Source: Amphiscolops sp. MND2022
Taxonomy: Eukaryota
DNA: 64,000 nt
Assembly (NCBI GenBank): GCA_964187785.1
Contig: OZ076412.1
Location: forward strand, 65,906,001-65,970,000
Direction: 5' to 3'
A model generated the notes under the pieces. That model did no database searches, was not told where the DNA came from, and saw nothing but the letters and a program-made list of their open reading frames with translations. Numbering within the stretch: the stretch's first letter is position 1; the number at the start of each line of letters is the position of its first letter. The translations under genes and the position numbers were made by a program. Below, one piece after another: positions 1-10,272 of the stretch.

Positions 1-2
1 CG

Positions 3-3000
3 GCAGAACAAAAAACGCGACCCACGCTGACGCTATCGCAACTAAAAGAGGAATTATGCAGAAACGTAAAATATACTATCGCAGCGCGACCGCTCCCACA
101 TTTCACGAGAGAAGACGAAACGAAGCTGGCCCCAATACAGAAAGTCAAAACCGTTTCTCCGGTGCCGGTAGCCATTAACGTAGACGGTGTAGATATGAAA
201 TTTGACGCTATCGTAGTCTTAGAAGGTCACTTCCCTCAGGGATTGTACTTGGGCCGCCAGGAGTTGCGATGTTATAACATCGGAGTGCAAGATGCCCAGG
301 GGGAGGCTCGCATTGACGAACGAGCATCCCTGGTGGTTGCCTTTGGCAACACGATCCAGGAACCAATACCCTTGTACGGGATGATTGACACCGGTTCCGG
401 TGTCTCCATTCTCTCCCTCAAGGCCTATCAAAAGATTGCATCACCCCACGCCTTGAGCCTCCTACCATATGACATCCAACTGTATGCCGCCAATGGTAAA
501 ACCATCAACACCATCGGAATTGCCGAAAATGTTAGCTTCCAGTTGGGCGGACATACCCTTCGAACCAATTTCATAGTCATTGCCGATCACCTAGGTGCCG
601 AGGACTTCTTACTTGGCAGGAACTTCTTGCGCACTTACAACGTTCTCATGGACCTGACGGCCATGAGGGTCACCATACGAGACCCCAAAGCGCCACGCCA
701 CTTCAAACCCGTCCATGAGGTAAGTGACCATGAGCCATCCCTAGTGATATCCACCGAAAGAGTAGTCCTAGGCCCTTATGAGCGCAAACTGGTGCGAGCC
801 CAAGTTATTTCTCAAAAGCACAACGAATACCTTTTCCGAAACGTAATGATTCGCCCCCAGGGGGTATATAAACGATCCCCCTTTGTTTCAGAAGATACAT
901 TGACGTCTGTTGGAGATGAAGGCATTGTCTTCATAGCCGTACGAAACACTACCCCCTCTGAAAACGTAACCATTCAAACCAAAACTGTCCTCGGTAAGGC
1001 AGAAACTACAAACTTTGTGTTGCAACCTGTGGCTGCCGATACGGCAACCGAAATTGATAAACCTTTGTTTGAACAAGTTAATAGAGTTTATACCGATGAG
1101 TGGTTAAACGAAACGAGTTCCGAATATAGTTCCTTTGCTCAAAATTTTTTGTCCTCTACTGAGATATCTGAAGAAGGATTGTCGGAAAGCGAGAGGCGTG
1201 CTCAGACTGACCCACAGTTACTGAAACCTATACCAGGTCCAGACCTCTCTTCTGTCCTTTCTTCATGGGGGGAGGGAGCGAGAGATCAACTAGCAAGCGT
1301 CCTGAGCGAGTACGATGATCTTTTTATGAAACATAAAGCTGACATAGGGAGATGCAAAATAGCCAAACATCGTATAGAACTAGAGCTGGAAGCTATCCCG
1401 CATAGAGAAGGCGCTCGGCGCATGTCCCCAGATAAGGCAGCAAAGGCTAATCAAGAGGTGCGGAATTTGCTGGCCCTTGGCCTAATTCAACCCTCCTATT
1501 CACCGTGGGCAAGCGGAATAGTCATGGTCAAAAAGAAAACAGGCGAACTTCGCTTCTGCTGTGACTTCCGACCGCTCAACGACGTAACGGTCAAGGACGC
1601 GTTCCCATTGCCCAGGATTGATGAAAGTCTATCCCGGATAGGCAATGCGAAAATTTTCACAAGTATTGACCTAGCGTGGGCCTTCTGGCAGATACCGCTA
1701 AAGAAGCGCGATAGAAGGAAAACAGCATTTGCCTGCGAACTGGGCTTGTTCGAATGGCGGCGCATGCCCTTTGGGCTATGCAATGCATCCGCCACATTTC
1801 AGCGCTCCATTACACGAGCCCTGCAACGGATCCAGCAACGACACGGGAGTGTCGTCATGGCTTACATTGACGACATAGTCATCGCCACGGAAACCATAGA
1901 AGACCACATCGTACGAATCAAGGAAGTATTCGAGTGTCTCCGAGAGGCTGGATTCAAAATGCGTGCCGAGAAATGTGATTTCATGCGCACGGAGACAAAG
2001 TACCTGGGGCGAGTGGTGTCCTCGGAAGGCATCAGACCAGACCCCGAAGCAATAGTCAAAATCCAAGAATGGATGCCCCCGAGAAACAGAGAGGAGCTTC
2101 AGAGCTTCCTAGGGTTCGCAAACTATTACCGGGACTTTGTACCGTTTCATGCAGCCAAGGTGCAACCCCTGCAGGAGTTACTCAAGAAGAGTCAGCATTT
2201 CCACTGGGAAATAAAACACCAAGAGGCCTTCGATGCAGTAAAGGAGGCACTAGCGAATGCGACCGCCTTGGCAGCCCCAAATGAAGACGGACGGTTCGTG
2301 CTCGATACCGATGCTAGTGCGGTAGCGATAGCTGGAATCCTGCACCAGGAACAAGAACACAATGGGAAAACTATTTTACGGCCAATAGTCTTCGGGAGCA
2401 AGTCCCTGACAAAAACGCAACTGAACTATGGAGCACCCAAGTTGGAAATGTACGCAGTATTTTACTTCATAGAGAAATTCCATTCGTATCTCGCAGGCCG
2501 AGAGTTCACGCTCCGCGTGGACAACCAGGCCCTGTCGTGGCTCAAAACGTACTCCATGGACCAAGCCATGATAGGTCGCTGGATAGCCCGTCTGGATCAA
2601 TATAACTTCAAAACGATCCACCGACCTCGCACACAGCATCGAAACGTGGACGGCCTCAGCAAACGGACCAACGACTATGTGCACCGAGAGAAAATCCTTG
2701 AGAAGTTACCGGAAGTGAGTGAAGGATTCAACTTCATGACCAAAGAAGACTATGAAGCACTTCCCACCGTGCCATACTTTGACAAACACGGACGCCCAAT
2801 ACCAAACCATCCAGAGCTCCCGCCGGAAGCTCGAGCCCAACTACCACTGCTGTATATCTTGGGAAAAAGGCCCAAAACGAGCTTGCAAGAACCCCCAGTG
2901 AATGATGCCCCGTGGTACCCCCAAATACAGTGGGAAGCGACACCCACCACAGATGAGGATCACCGACCGAGTCACATCCTCAGCATCACGACCGAAGTGC

Positions 3001-6000
3001 CACCGGCACGCCTAGACACTGGAGAACCTGATCCTGTGCTTGAAGGGATGCCACCCGAATGCCGAAGGCAAGCCCACGCCCTTAGAACAGTCGGAACAGA
3101 GCTGCACGAACACATTCTGACTATACGTGGCCTCAAGGACCTGCACCTAGCACAAAATAGGGACGTGCACCTCCTAGCGCTTAGGAAACTCATGAACGGC
3201 GAACCACTAGAAGACACAATGTTCCCCGAAGACGTGCAGGACTTCGCGCGACGCTACTTCCATCAAAAGAAAGACCTGCTCTTCCTGAACCCAGACGACA
3301 TCCTCTGCGTCAACTACGTTCCGCAACAACGTGCGCTGCACGTGCGACCGTGCATGATAGTCATGCCACAACTATACCAACACGAGATTCTGTATAGGGC
3401 ACACGACGAATCGGGACATCAGGGCGTAGGGAAGGTGCTAGCAAGAGTACAAGAGCGACACACCTGGCCGGGCATCAAGCGTGACATAGTCAATCACATC
3501 AAGCACTGCTTAACCTGCCAGCAGACTAAACACCCCGCCGGGAACCCCTGCTACCCCTTGCAGAACATTAACAGCAGCAATTTCAATGACCTAGTACAAT
3601 TCGACCACCTCAAACTATGCAAGACCGAATCGGGAAACACCGGTCTCTTGGTAATGATAGACCACTTCACGAAATTCGCCGAAGCTGTCCCGTGTGCCCA
3701 CGACGAAAATGATGCTCAAACCACAGCAAAGATCATCCTTAATAAATGGTTCGCCAGGCACAGCACTCCAGCACGCATGCAGTCCGACAATGCCACGAAT
3801 TTCACAGCTGAAATCGCACAAGAGCTAATGAAGGCTTCGCAAGTCACTAAAGTGACATCCACACCAGCGCATCCCCGAGGAAATGGACTCGTGGAAAGGC
3901 AGAACCGAACGTTACTCACACTGCTCAGAGTCTACACTTCGCGACGAATGCAGGATTGGGATGAGCACGTTGATGGAATCCTCGGTGCGTACAATTCAAC
4001 TAGACACGCAACCACGGGATTCTCTCCCTATATGCTCCAACATGGAGCCGAAAAATCCATTCCCTTGTCGTTCATCTACCCAGAATTTGTTGCGCGAGGA
4101 TTCGACTCCAAAGAGGAATTCGTAGAGCACCTTCTAGCCAGACAACAGGAAATCCATGAACTCGTCAGAAGAAATACACACCAAGCACAGCTACGGCAAA
4201 AGCTGAAGTTTGACCGCCACCTGAAGGCCAAAGCGCACGCCGTAGGCGATGCGGTGTGGGTATTCTGCCATATCATACCCAAAGGTGGCACCCGCAAGCT
4301 GATTCGCGCATGGCGTGGACCCCACAAGGTGACTGACGTGTTGCAGGGCGGACGATTATATGTGTTAGACACTGGCCAAAAGGTCCATTACGAAAGATTA
4401 AAAAAGCACGTGCCTGCCCCTTGGGACTGGGCCGCACACCAGCCCTTTGGGCCGGATCAAAACGTAGCCATCATTGCCGATCCGTACGTAGAAGAAAGCA
4501 ATGAGGAGATAGCGTCCGACATCTCTCAAGACTCTTTTCTACCGGAACAACTTCCGGAAGCATCGTTCGAAATGGAACCAACAGGATCGATTCCACCTCG
4601 TACCATTCAGACTCGTACCCAAACGGCACTCGAGCAAGGAATACCCCGAAGAAGATTCAGTCACTTCGGATACCCCTCTGACTCAGATTCCGAAAGAGAA
4701 GAAAATGAGCCGCCGATCCAGAGCCCACCACCGCCAGTAGTGTTCCCCGACTTGGACGACCTAGAACCACTGTACTCCGACCAGGAGGAAATTCAGCCAG
4801 CCGTACCTACAAGTCTGATACCATCACCCTCAGGGACCTCGGCCCCACTACTATCCAATCCGTCCCTGACGGATACCCTGAGTAACTTTCCCTTGTTTGG
4901 CCCCCAATTGGAGGACCCAATCGACCCGATAGAAATTAAACCAAAGTCAGGAACTGAAGACGAAGAAGAGATAACCTATCACAGTCCAAGCCATTGCTCA
5001 ACACAACCCGATACCACGAATCGCAGAGGACGGCCTCGAGGCCGACCACCAGGTCGAGGACGACCCCGCGCCATACCATCCAGTAGAACCACGACATCGT
5101 CGCGAACCCAAACCGCACGATCCAGAAGAGGCCCTAGGACAAGAATGAGCACTCGTGCACCCCCTCGAAGGCTAGACCGAGCAATGACTCTGCCAGAAAT
5201 ACCCGAAAGCCAACAACCACCGGAGGTCCAGAATTCAGAACCGAGACCATCATCGCAAACATCACGATATCAACTGCGAGCTAATAGAGCACCACGATAC
5301 AAGTGTGGAACCTGTGGTTCCCGCAACTGTAGTTGCGTCAAGCATCTGACTCGCGATTCACCGGACAACCGATTGGCCCGGGGAGCGGTAGTCCCTGCCA
5401 GGGATCTCCTGATAGCCAGGACACATTGTCACCCACAACATGAGATCTTAACCGTACAAGCCCAGCGAGAAAAAGTGGAGACACCCCCGCTAGTACACCA
5501 TTTGATCATCACGGTAGAAAAAACTTTCACTAGTGTGGAACGGGAAGTGATACCACCGCTGGAAGAAACACTCATAGCAATGCACGCGACATCTCCCTCC
5601 GACTGCCCAACTTACCGATTCAAGGAATGGACACCACCCCATCGAGGCGGTCTAGAATTCACCCTACATGCCATCATACCGCCCTTGCCACCCTCGATGA
5701 CGTTCGGCGAGCTAGCGAAAGAGGATAGTAGCACGGAGATGATTCGCTGTATCACTGCACACCAACTGTGGGAGAAATATCGCATTGCCTCCCCGCCGGG
5801 AGACATATACCAGCCCACCAATGGATGGTGGCTACTCGTCACCTCTCTAGACGCAACGACATTGGTATCCCCCACAACTCTATTAATGTGCTTAGAAAGC
5901 TTGCGTACTGTAACAGAACCCGAGAACACGCTCTGTTTCCACATGGCCGACATTTATCGTGGCAAGTTCCTAAGCCAACATTGGCTACAATTAATAGCGG

Positions 6001-6740
6001 TCATCTTCTGCCGACAGGCGAAGATACACTTCTTGGATCGACAATCTTATACACCGGAAAAACCCGTCACAGTTAGCGAAGCACTCTCGATAGTACACGA
6101 TTGGTCATCTACCAACATGGGAGATAGACCGCTACGCCGAACCGTCTGGGAAGACCGAAAAGCAATCTTGCAGCATTTAGCACCCCAACCCACTGATGAT
6201 CAGAGCAATACCACCGGCAAATGGCTCATAACCCAGCCCAAAACCAGACCGAATTACCTACCTTGGATAACTTATGACAATACAGATATCCTGCAGGCAC
6301 CTGGCACTGTGATACTATGCTGCCCTGCGGATTTGCTCTCTTACTCTGCCACGATCCGTTACGTTATTCGCGAATACGGTCAAGAAAACATATTTCGCCT
6401 AAGACCGTCAGTTGGCACCGCAATTCGCTTAGTCCGCTCGCCAACTGCACCCTGGAATAACGAAATCTTCCTTCTATGTACCAGAGCATCGAACAAGCAT
6501 CCACTCTTACATGAAGTACTCCATGCGTGTTTGACAAATTTGATAACCCAGCTCCATCGAAACCACATTACCAGAATCCACTTGCCCATCTATGATCCCG
6601 AGCGATCGATGAACCTCCTACCAGCCTGGTACGCCACGCTACGCGACCACTTTGCAGACCACAATATTGCAATAATTTTGCACGATCGCGTCTATGTCAC
6701 GATAGCATCGGTTACCTCAGCCAATTTTGGCGGTAGTTAA
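3..6740 (+). CDS. pol: Gypsy Pol polyprotein, 5'-partial (2245 aa visible), with long C-terminal extension
   Basis: The frame is open from nt 3, so the track's start at 162 is an internal GTG. Protease IDTG (D at 387), RT YIDD (1863-1874), RNase H LDTDAS...EMYAV...DNQAL, integrase HDESGH...CLTC, FDH/SDN/VER and WRGPH (GPY/F) motifs. No stops. Confidence 0.95.
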   Translation, partial: AEQKTRPTLTLSQLKEELCRNVKYTIAARPLPHFTREDETKLAPIQKVKTVSPVPVAINVDGVDMKFDAIVVLEGHFPQGLYLGRQELRCYNIGVQDAQGEARIDERASLVVAFGNTIQEPIPLYGMIDTGSGVSILSLKAYQKIASPHALSLLPYDIQLYAANGKTINTIGIAENVSFQLGGHTLRTNFIVIADHLGAEDFLLGRNFLRTYNVLMDLTAMRVTIRDPKAPRHFKPVHEVSDHEPSLVISTERVVLGPYERKLVRAQVISQKHNEYLFRNVMIRPQGVYKRSPFVSEDTLTSVGDEGIVFIAVRNTTPSENVTIQTKTVLGKAETTNFVLQPVAADTATEIDKPLFEQVNRVYTDEWLNETSSEYSSFAQNFLSSTEISEEGLSESERRAQTDPQLLKPIPGPDLSSVLSSWGEGARDQLASVLSEYDDLFMKHKADIGRCKIAKHRIELELEAIPHREGARRMSPDKAAKANQEVRNLLALGLIQPSYSPWASGIVMVKKKTGELRFCCDFRPLNDVTVKDAFPLPRIDESLSRIGNAKIFTSIDLAWAFWQIPLKKRDRRKTAFACELGLFEWRRMPFGLCNASATFQRSITRALQRIQQRHGSVVMAYIDDIVIATETIEDHIVRIKEVFECLREAGFKMRAEKCDFMRTETKYLGRVVSSEGIRPDPEAIVKIQEWMPPRNREELQSFLGFANYYRDFVPFHAAKVQPLQELLKKSQHFHWEIKHQEAFDAVKEALANATALAAPNEDGRFVLDTDASAVAIAGILHQEQEHNGKTILRPIVFGSKSLTKTQLNYGAPKLEMYAVFYFIEKFHSYLAGREFTLRVDNQALSWLKTYSMDQAMIGRWIARLDQYNFKTIHRPRTQHRNVDGLSKRTNDYVHREKILEKLPEVSEGFNFMTKEDYEALPTVPYFDKHGRPIPNHPELPPEARAQLPLLYILGKRPKTSLQEPPVNDAPWYPQIQWEATPTTDEDHRPSHILSITTEVPPARLDTGEPDPVLEGMPPECRRQAHALRTVGTELHEHILTIRGLKDLHLAQNRDVHLLALRKLMNGEPLEDTMFPEDVQDFARRYFHQKKDLLFLNPDDILCVNYVPQQRALHVRPCMIVMPQLYQHEILYRAHDESGHQGVGKVLARVQERHTWPGIKRDIVNHIKHCLTCQQTKHPAGNPCYPLQNINSSNFNDLVQFDHLKLCKTESGNTGLLVMIDHFTKFAEAVPCAHDENDAQTTAKIILNKWFARHSTPARMQSDNATNFTAEIAQELMKASQVTKVTSTPAHPRGNGLVERQNRTLLTLLRVYTSRRMQDWDEHVDGILGAYNSTRHATTGFSPYMLQHGAEKSIPLSFIYPEFVARGFDSKEEFVEHLLARQQEIHELVRRNTHQAQLRQKLKFDRHLKAKAHAVGDAVWVFCHIIPKGGTRKLIRAWRGPHKVTDVLQGGRLYVLDTGQKVHYERLKKHVPAPWDWAAHQPFGPDQNVAIIADPYVEESNEEIASDISQDSFLPEQLPEASFEMEPTGSIPPRTIQTRTQTALEQGIPRRRFSHFGYPSDSDSEREENEPPIQSPPPPVVFPDLDDLEPLYSDQEEIQPAVPTSLIPSPSGTSAPLLSNPSLTDTLSNFPLFGPQLEDPIDPIEIKPKSGTEDEEEITYHSPSHCSTQPDTTNRRGRPRGRPPGRGRPRAIPSSRTTTSSRTQTARSRRGPRTRMSTRAPPRRLDRAMTLPEIPESQQPPEVQNSEPRPSSQTSRYQLRANRAPRYKCGTCGSRNCSCVKHLTRDSPDNRLARGAVVPARDLLIARTHCHPQHEILTVQAQREKVETPPLVHHLIITVEKTFTSVEREVIPPLEETLIAMHATSPSDCPTYRFKEWTPPHRGGLEFTLHAIIPPLPPSMTFGELAKEDSSTEMIRCITAHQLWEKYRIASPPGDIYQPTNGWWLLVTSLDATTLVSPTTLLMCLESLRTVTEPENTLCFHMADIYRGKFLSQHWLQLIAVIFCRQAKIHFLDRQSYTPEKPVTVSEALSIVHDWSSTNMGDRPLRRTVWEDRKAILQHLAPQPTDDQSNTTGKWLITQPKTRPNYLPWITYDNTDILQAPGTVILCCPADLLSYSATIRYVIREYGQENIFRLRPSVGTAIRLVRSPTAPWNNEIFLLCTRASNKHPLLHEVLHACLTNLITQLHRNHITRIHLPIYDPERSMNLLPAWYATLRDHFADHNIAIILHDRVYVTIASVTSANFGGS

Positions 6741-7071
6741 GAACACGTCTCGCTCTCTTCTTGGCAGATCAGGCCACTGGCCTTTTGCATTGCCTTTCGT
6801 AATTTTGAAGCGCCTTAAAATTTTAACAAAGCCGCGCCGATAAGCGCAAATTTTAGTAATAATCACTAGAAACTTTTTAACCTCGTATTTGTGTGTTCGT
6901 CCTAAAAAGTTTGACTGCCCACCCGTTTATGTAATGTTTTATCTCCAACTGTGACTTGTTTTTCAGTTTTGTCCTGTTGCCTCGCCTCTGCGCGGCCCCC
7001 CTACTTATCACGCCAAATCAGTCTTGCCATCACAATCTTCGGTGCTAAATATTCCTTTATCATCGTTTCCA

Positions 7072-10000
7072 ATGGACCCATCTGCGCGACACCGCCTGCC
7101 TACACCCCAGAACGCTGCGCGTGCCCAACCATCCATAAGGAACGATCCACCTCCAATGATGAGCGAAATAGATGGTCGAGTCGACCAACTAGCTCTTGTC
7201 CAAGACACTCTACTAAACGGAGTGACACCCACAATGATCGCTGGCTTTGCCATGATCATCGCCCAAACCCAAGCCCAGGCAGAGTACCCTGATGTTAGCT
7301 TCACCATCACCAGCCGAGTCGGCCCGATAGAACGCTCTGCCACTTTTCGCGACGGTACCTGGCAAGGGTATGACTTGACCCACAGCCTCATAGATCCTCG
7401 CTCCCACTTAGTCTATGGAGAGCCTACTAGGCCTCCCATGGACCAAGAACGATCACTCCGCATTTCACAATCAGCACTACAGACGCAAACTACGACCCCG
7501 TTGCCCTCACCGCACCCGGTGCAATTCAGCTGCACACTGCCAATCATGCCACCCCCAGTGCTAACACCGCCCATGCCCCTGGCTTCGGAAGGCATTCGAT
7601 TACTCACCACCCCATCTTCTACCTTCATGCCTCCATCTACCTTTCAGGGGGGAGGGGTGCAAGTAGACAATACAACAAGTGCTGCCCTGAGCGAAGAACA
7701 GCCCAGGAGAACGGTGACGTTCAAGGACTCATATGAAGAATTAACTCAAACGTCCTCCAGAACCGAATCACAAGTCTCGGAACCTCTACAAGTCTCAGAA
7801 CCGGCCAGTCTAGTAGGCTTCCAAATGGACCCACAATTCCGAGAACGTCAGCGAGAACAACAAAAGGCTGAAAGTAAGGCGGCCAACACTGTGGTAGACC
7901 TCCGGGAGAAAATTAAAGCTGGAAAGCGAGCCAGAGAGGCAACCACGCAAAGTAGACAATCGAGCTCGACCAGTATCTCGCAACCCACGTCTACCTCACC
8001 CACACAACCAGAAATAAGGAGACCTAGAATAACGCACGAACTCCTAACACATACAGAAAAACGGCAGCTGGATATCACTGCACGCGACGCACTGCGTCTC
8101 CAGCGGGAAATACCAACCACAACGTCACCAGAAGACCCTCTACGACAGAAATTCGAGATCGCTACGGGAACTGGGGACCTCGCCACAAGGCAGAAAATAG
8201 AGAAAGCCACAGTGGGAGTACTCTACAATCGCCCCGTCAAGAAACCCGTGTTTACTCGAGACGGATGCCCCCCATGGTTTAACCGCATGCGAGCAGAACT
8301 GGAGAGAGTAAACTCATCATACATGCGTGTTCCTAACAACTTCCTCCGACAGCGCCCTGGCCGCTTCGACGAAGACCGCTTGCGAACTAAAAACTATGCG
8401 AGGGACCCCATTACAATCCTGCCCATGGGAAAGGACCTTTTACAGAAAACCAGAATAGCCTTCTTCGTCGACTCGACGATGAAGTCTTCATTCAACTCCC
8501 ACAATACCCTCATGGACGTCAGAATACTGAACATGCCCTGTACAACACTGAACGAAATGGCAGAGGTGACCGATAAAATATTCACCCAAGCGGGAACAGA
8601 GACTATCCCACTACCTCCGTTGTTGGTATATTCGAATGTGATAGACCACCTCGCTCTGCGAGGGACCCTGGAATTCTTCCGGCCAGACCATGAAAGGTTT
8701 ACCGAGGGGTTCATCACCGACGAAGTTACCAACTACGTGGAGACGATGGCGAATATTGCCCAAGCTATGCGCAGAAGGAAAGCTACCACTGGAACGGTAT
8801 TTATGTCACCTCCAGGCTACGTGCACCTTCCCCGGACCCTTCAGCAATTCTTGTACCTAATAATGGAGGCAGCGTACGCAAGGGATCTGGCTTTCTACAT
8901 TGTGGCCCCTAATTTACGCATCAGCAATAATAGCTGGCGCCCCTGTGAAGCCTCATACCCAGCCTTCATTGCTGAAGTCTCAAAGGCCCTTCAATCATAC
9001 GTCGGTTACCGCGGCAATTCCCAAATGGTGGCAGATGAAGCAACAGCATTCGATTATGGGATGGAAATGGCTCGTCGATCATTGAACGAGCGTGGAGACC
9101 GAATCGTGAATGATCCAAATGAAAGTGAACGCAATAACCTGGTGGATAACCTCTGGTTTGAACGCCGGGACGAATCGACTATAGACGAGAAAACGCATGA
9201 GCCCAAGTTCCACAAGGAACTCACGAGTCTGATGAAGGAAACCGAAACGATTCAAAGTGATAGAAAGAATTCCTCTATCTTCCCTATAGCACAAATATCA
9301 TTGGACGCGGAACCTGGGCAAAGATCACCCACATTAGCCATGTTGTTGATACTAGCTCAAGATATTGTACGAAGAAATATTCAAGAGCCGACACACACGT
9401 ACCAAACATGGCACGATCAACTACGAGAACCTCTGGGCCAAGTCGCGGACCGACTAGGCATAACATTTCCCGTATTTCTCCACAATATCTCTCCCTTCTG
9501 GCTTCCTTCCCTGGTACAGGCCGAGTACGGCCTGGATGAGCAGCGAATGCGACTATACATGGAGGCCATGGAAAGAGCGACCGTTAGTGAAGTGCTAGCG
9601 TATCTGATGGCCGTGGGGTTGACCATGATGTACCGAGGACCGTCAGCCCTCATACAAAAGTTCGTGCTCAACAAGGGAGGCTCAGCCCTGTTCAGCTATC
9701 TAGTCTTTTCGCAGAATCAAAGAAGTTGGATATCTGCGCTCATTGAAACTCTGGACCCAGCGGGTTCCTTAAAGTTAAAAGCGCAACTAAACTTAAACAT
9801 TCAAGCACTTCTAGTGTGGATTTACTCCACCTGGGTCAATGTCTCTGGCATTATGCATCCTCTGGATGAGTGCCCAGCTATTAACCGAGACCCCAATCAG
9901 CTTCCAGGGTTCCTGTTCCCTACACAAATTGCAACGTTGATGCTCGTGGAGACAGAGGACCTGATACCCCTCATTGCTCCTGTGATCTGGCCTATCTTCG

Positions 10001-10272
10001 GCGCAGTTATGGCCCTGCGCTATCCAACGCAGGCCCTGCGAGTGGCAGCGGTGAGCCCATCCCTCTCGATTCTACACTTCGTGACCTCTAATGGGCCCTT
10101 TCAGGGTCCCACCTATCAATCAGTGATACACAGCTTTGCCAACTTGCGACCTCCCATGGCATACACCGTAATCAAAGACCGCCAACAAGTGGAGCACAAC
10201 TATCTTACGTTGATCAAGGCGCGAGCACGCAGCTCGCTCCCTTTGCCAATGGAAATCCACCCGGTAGTTTAG
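7072..10272 (+). CDS. Retrotransposon accessory ORF2 (1066 aa from first ATG) with SGNH/GDSL-hydrolase-like domain
   Basis: Long stop-free ORF between pol and PPT. FFVDS (Ser at 8473), MPCTT, SNVIDH and SWRPCEASY resemble SGNH blocks I, II, III and V. Pro/Ser/Thr-rich N-terminus, no signal peptide. Confidence 0.75.
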   Translation: MDPSARHRLPTPQNAARAQPSIRNDPPPMMSEIDGRVDQLALVQDTLLNGVTPTMIAGFAMIIAQTQAQAEYPDVSFTITSRVGPIERSATFRDGTWQGYDLTHSLIDPRSHLVYGEPTRPPMDQERSLRISQSALQTQTTTPLPSPHPVQFSCTLPIMPPPVLTPPMPLASEGIRLLTTPSSTFMPPSTFQGGGVQVDNTTSAALSEEQPRRTVTFKDSYEELTQTSSRTESQVSEPLQVSEPASLVGFQMDPQFRERQREQQKAESKAANTVVDLREKIKAGKRAREATTQSRQSSSTSISQPTSTSPTQPEIRRPRITHELLTHTEKRQLDITARDALRLQREIPTTTSPEDPLRQKFEIATGTGDLATRQKIEKATVGVLYNRPVKKPVFTRDGCPPWFNRMRAELERVNSSYMRVPNNFLRQRPGRFDEDRLRTKNYARDPITILPMGKDLLQKTRIAFFVDSTMKSSFNSHNTLMDVRILNMPCTTLNEMAEVTDKIFTQAGTETIPLPPLLVYSNVIDHLALRGTLEFFRPDHERFTEGFITDEVTNYVETMANIAQAMRRRKATTGTVFMSPPGYVHLPRTLQQFLYLIMEAAYARDLAFYIVAPNLRISNNSWRPCEASYPAFIAEVSKALQSYVGYRGNSQMVADEATAFDYGMEMARRSLNERGDRIVNDPNESERNNLVDNLWFERRDESTIDEKTHEPKFHKELTSLMKETETIQSDRKNSSIFPIAQISLDAEPGQRSPTLAMLLILAQDIVRRNIQEPTHTYQTWHDQLREPLGQVADRLGITFPVFLHNISPFWLPSLVQAEYGLDEQRMRLYMEAMERATVSEVLAYLMAVGLTMMYRGPSALIQKFVLNKGGSALFSYLVFSQNQRSWISALIETLDPAGSLKLKAQLNLNIQALLVWIYSTWVNVSGIMHPLDECPAINRDPNQLPGFLFPTQIATLMLVETEDLIPLIAPVIWPIFGAVMALRYPTQALRVAAVSPSLSILHFVTSNGPFQGPTYQSVIHSFANLRPPMAYTVIKDRQQVEHNYLTLIKARARSSLPLPMEIHPVV

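Noticed and set aside
162-164. ORF-track start codon for pol
   Set aside because: It is an internal GTG; the frame is open back to nt 3, so the real start is outside the window
7072-10272. ORF2 as a classical envelope glycoprotein
   Set aside because: No N-terminal signal peptide and no convincing furin site, fusion peptide or C-terminal TM anchor
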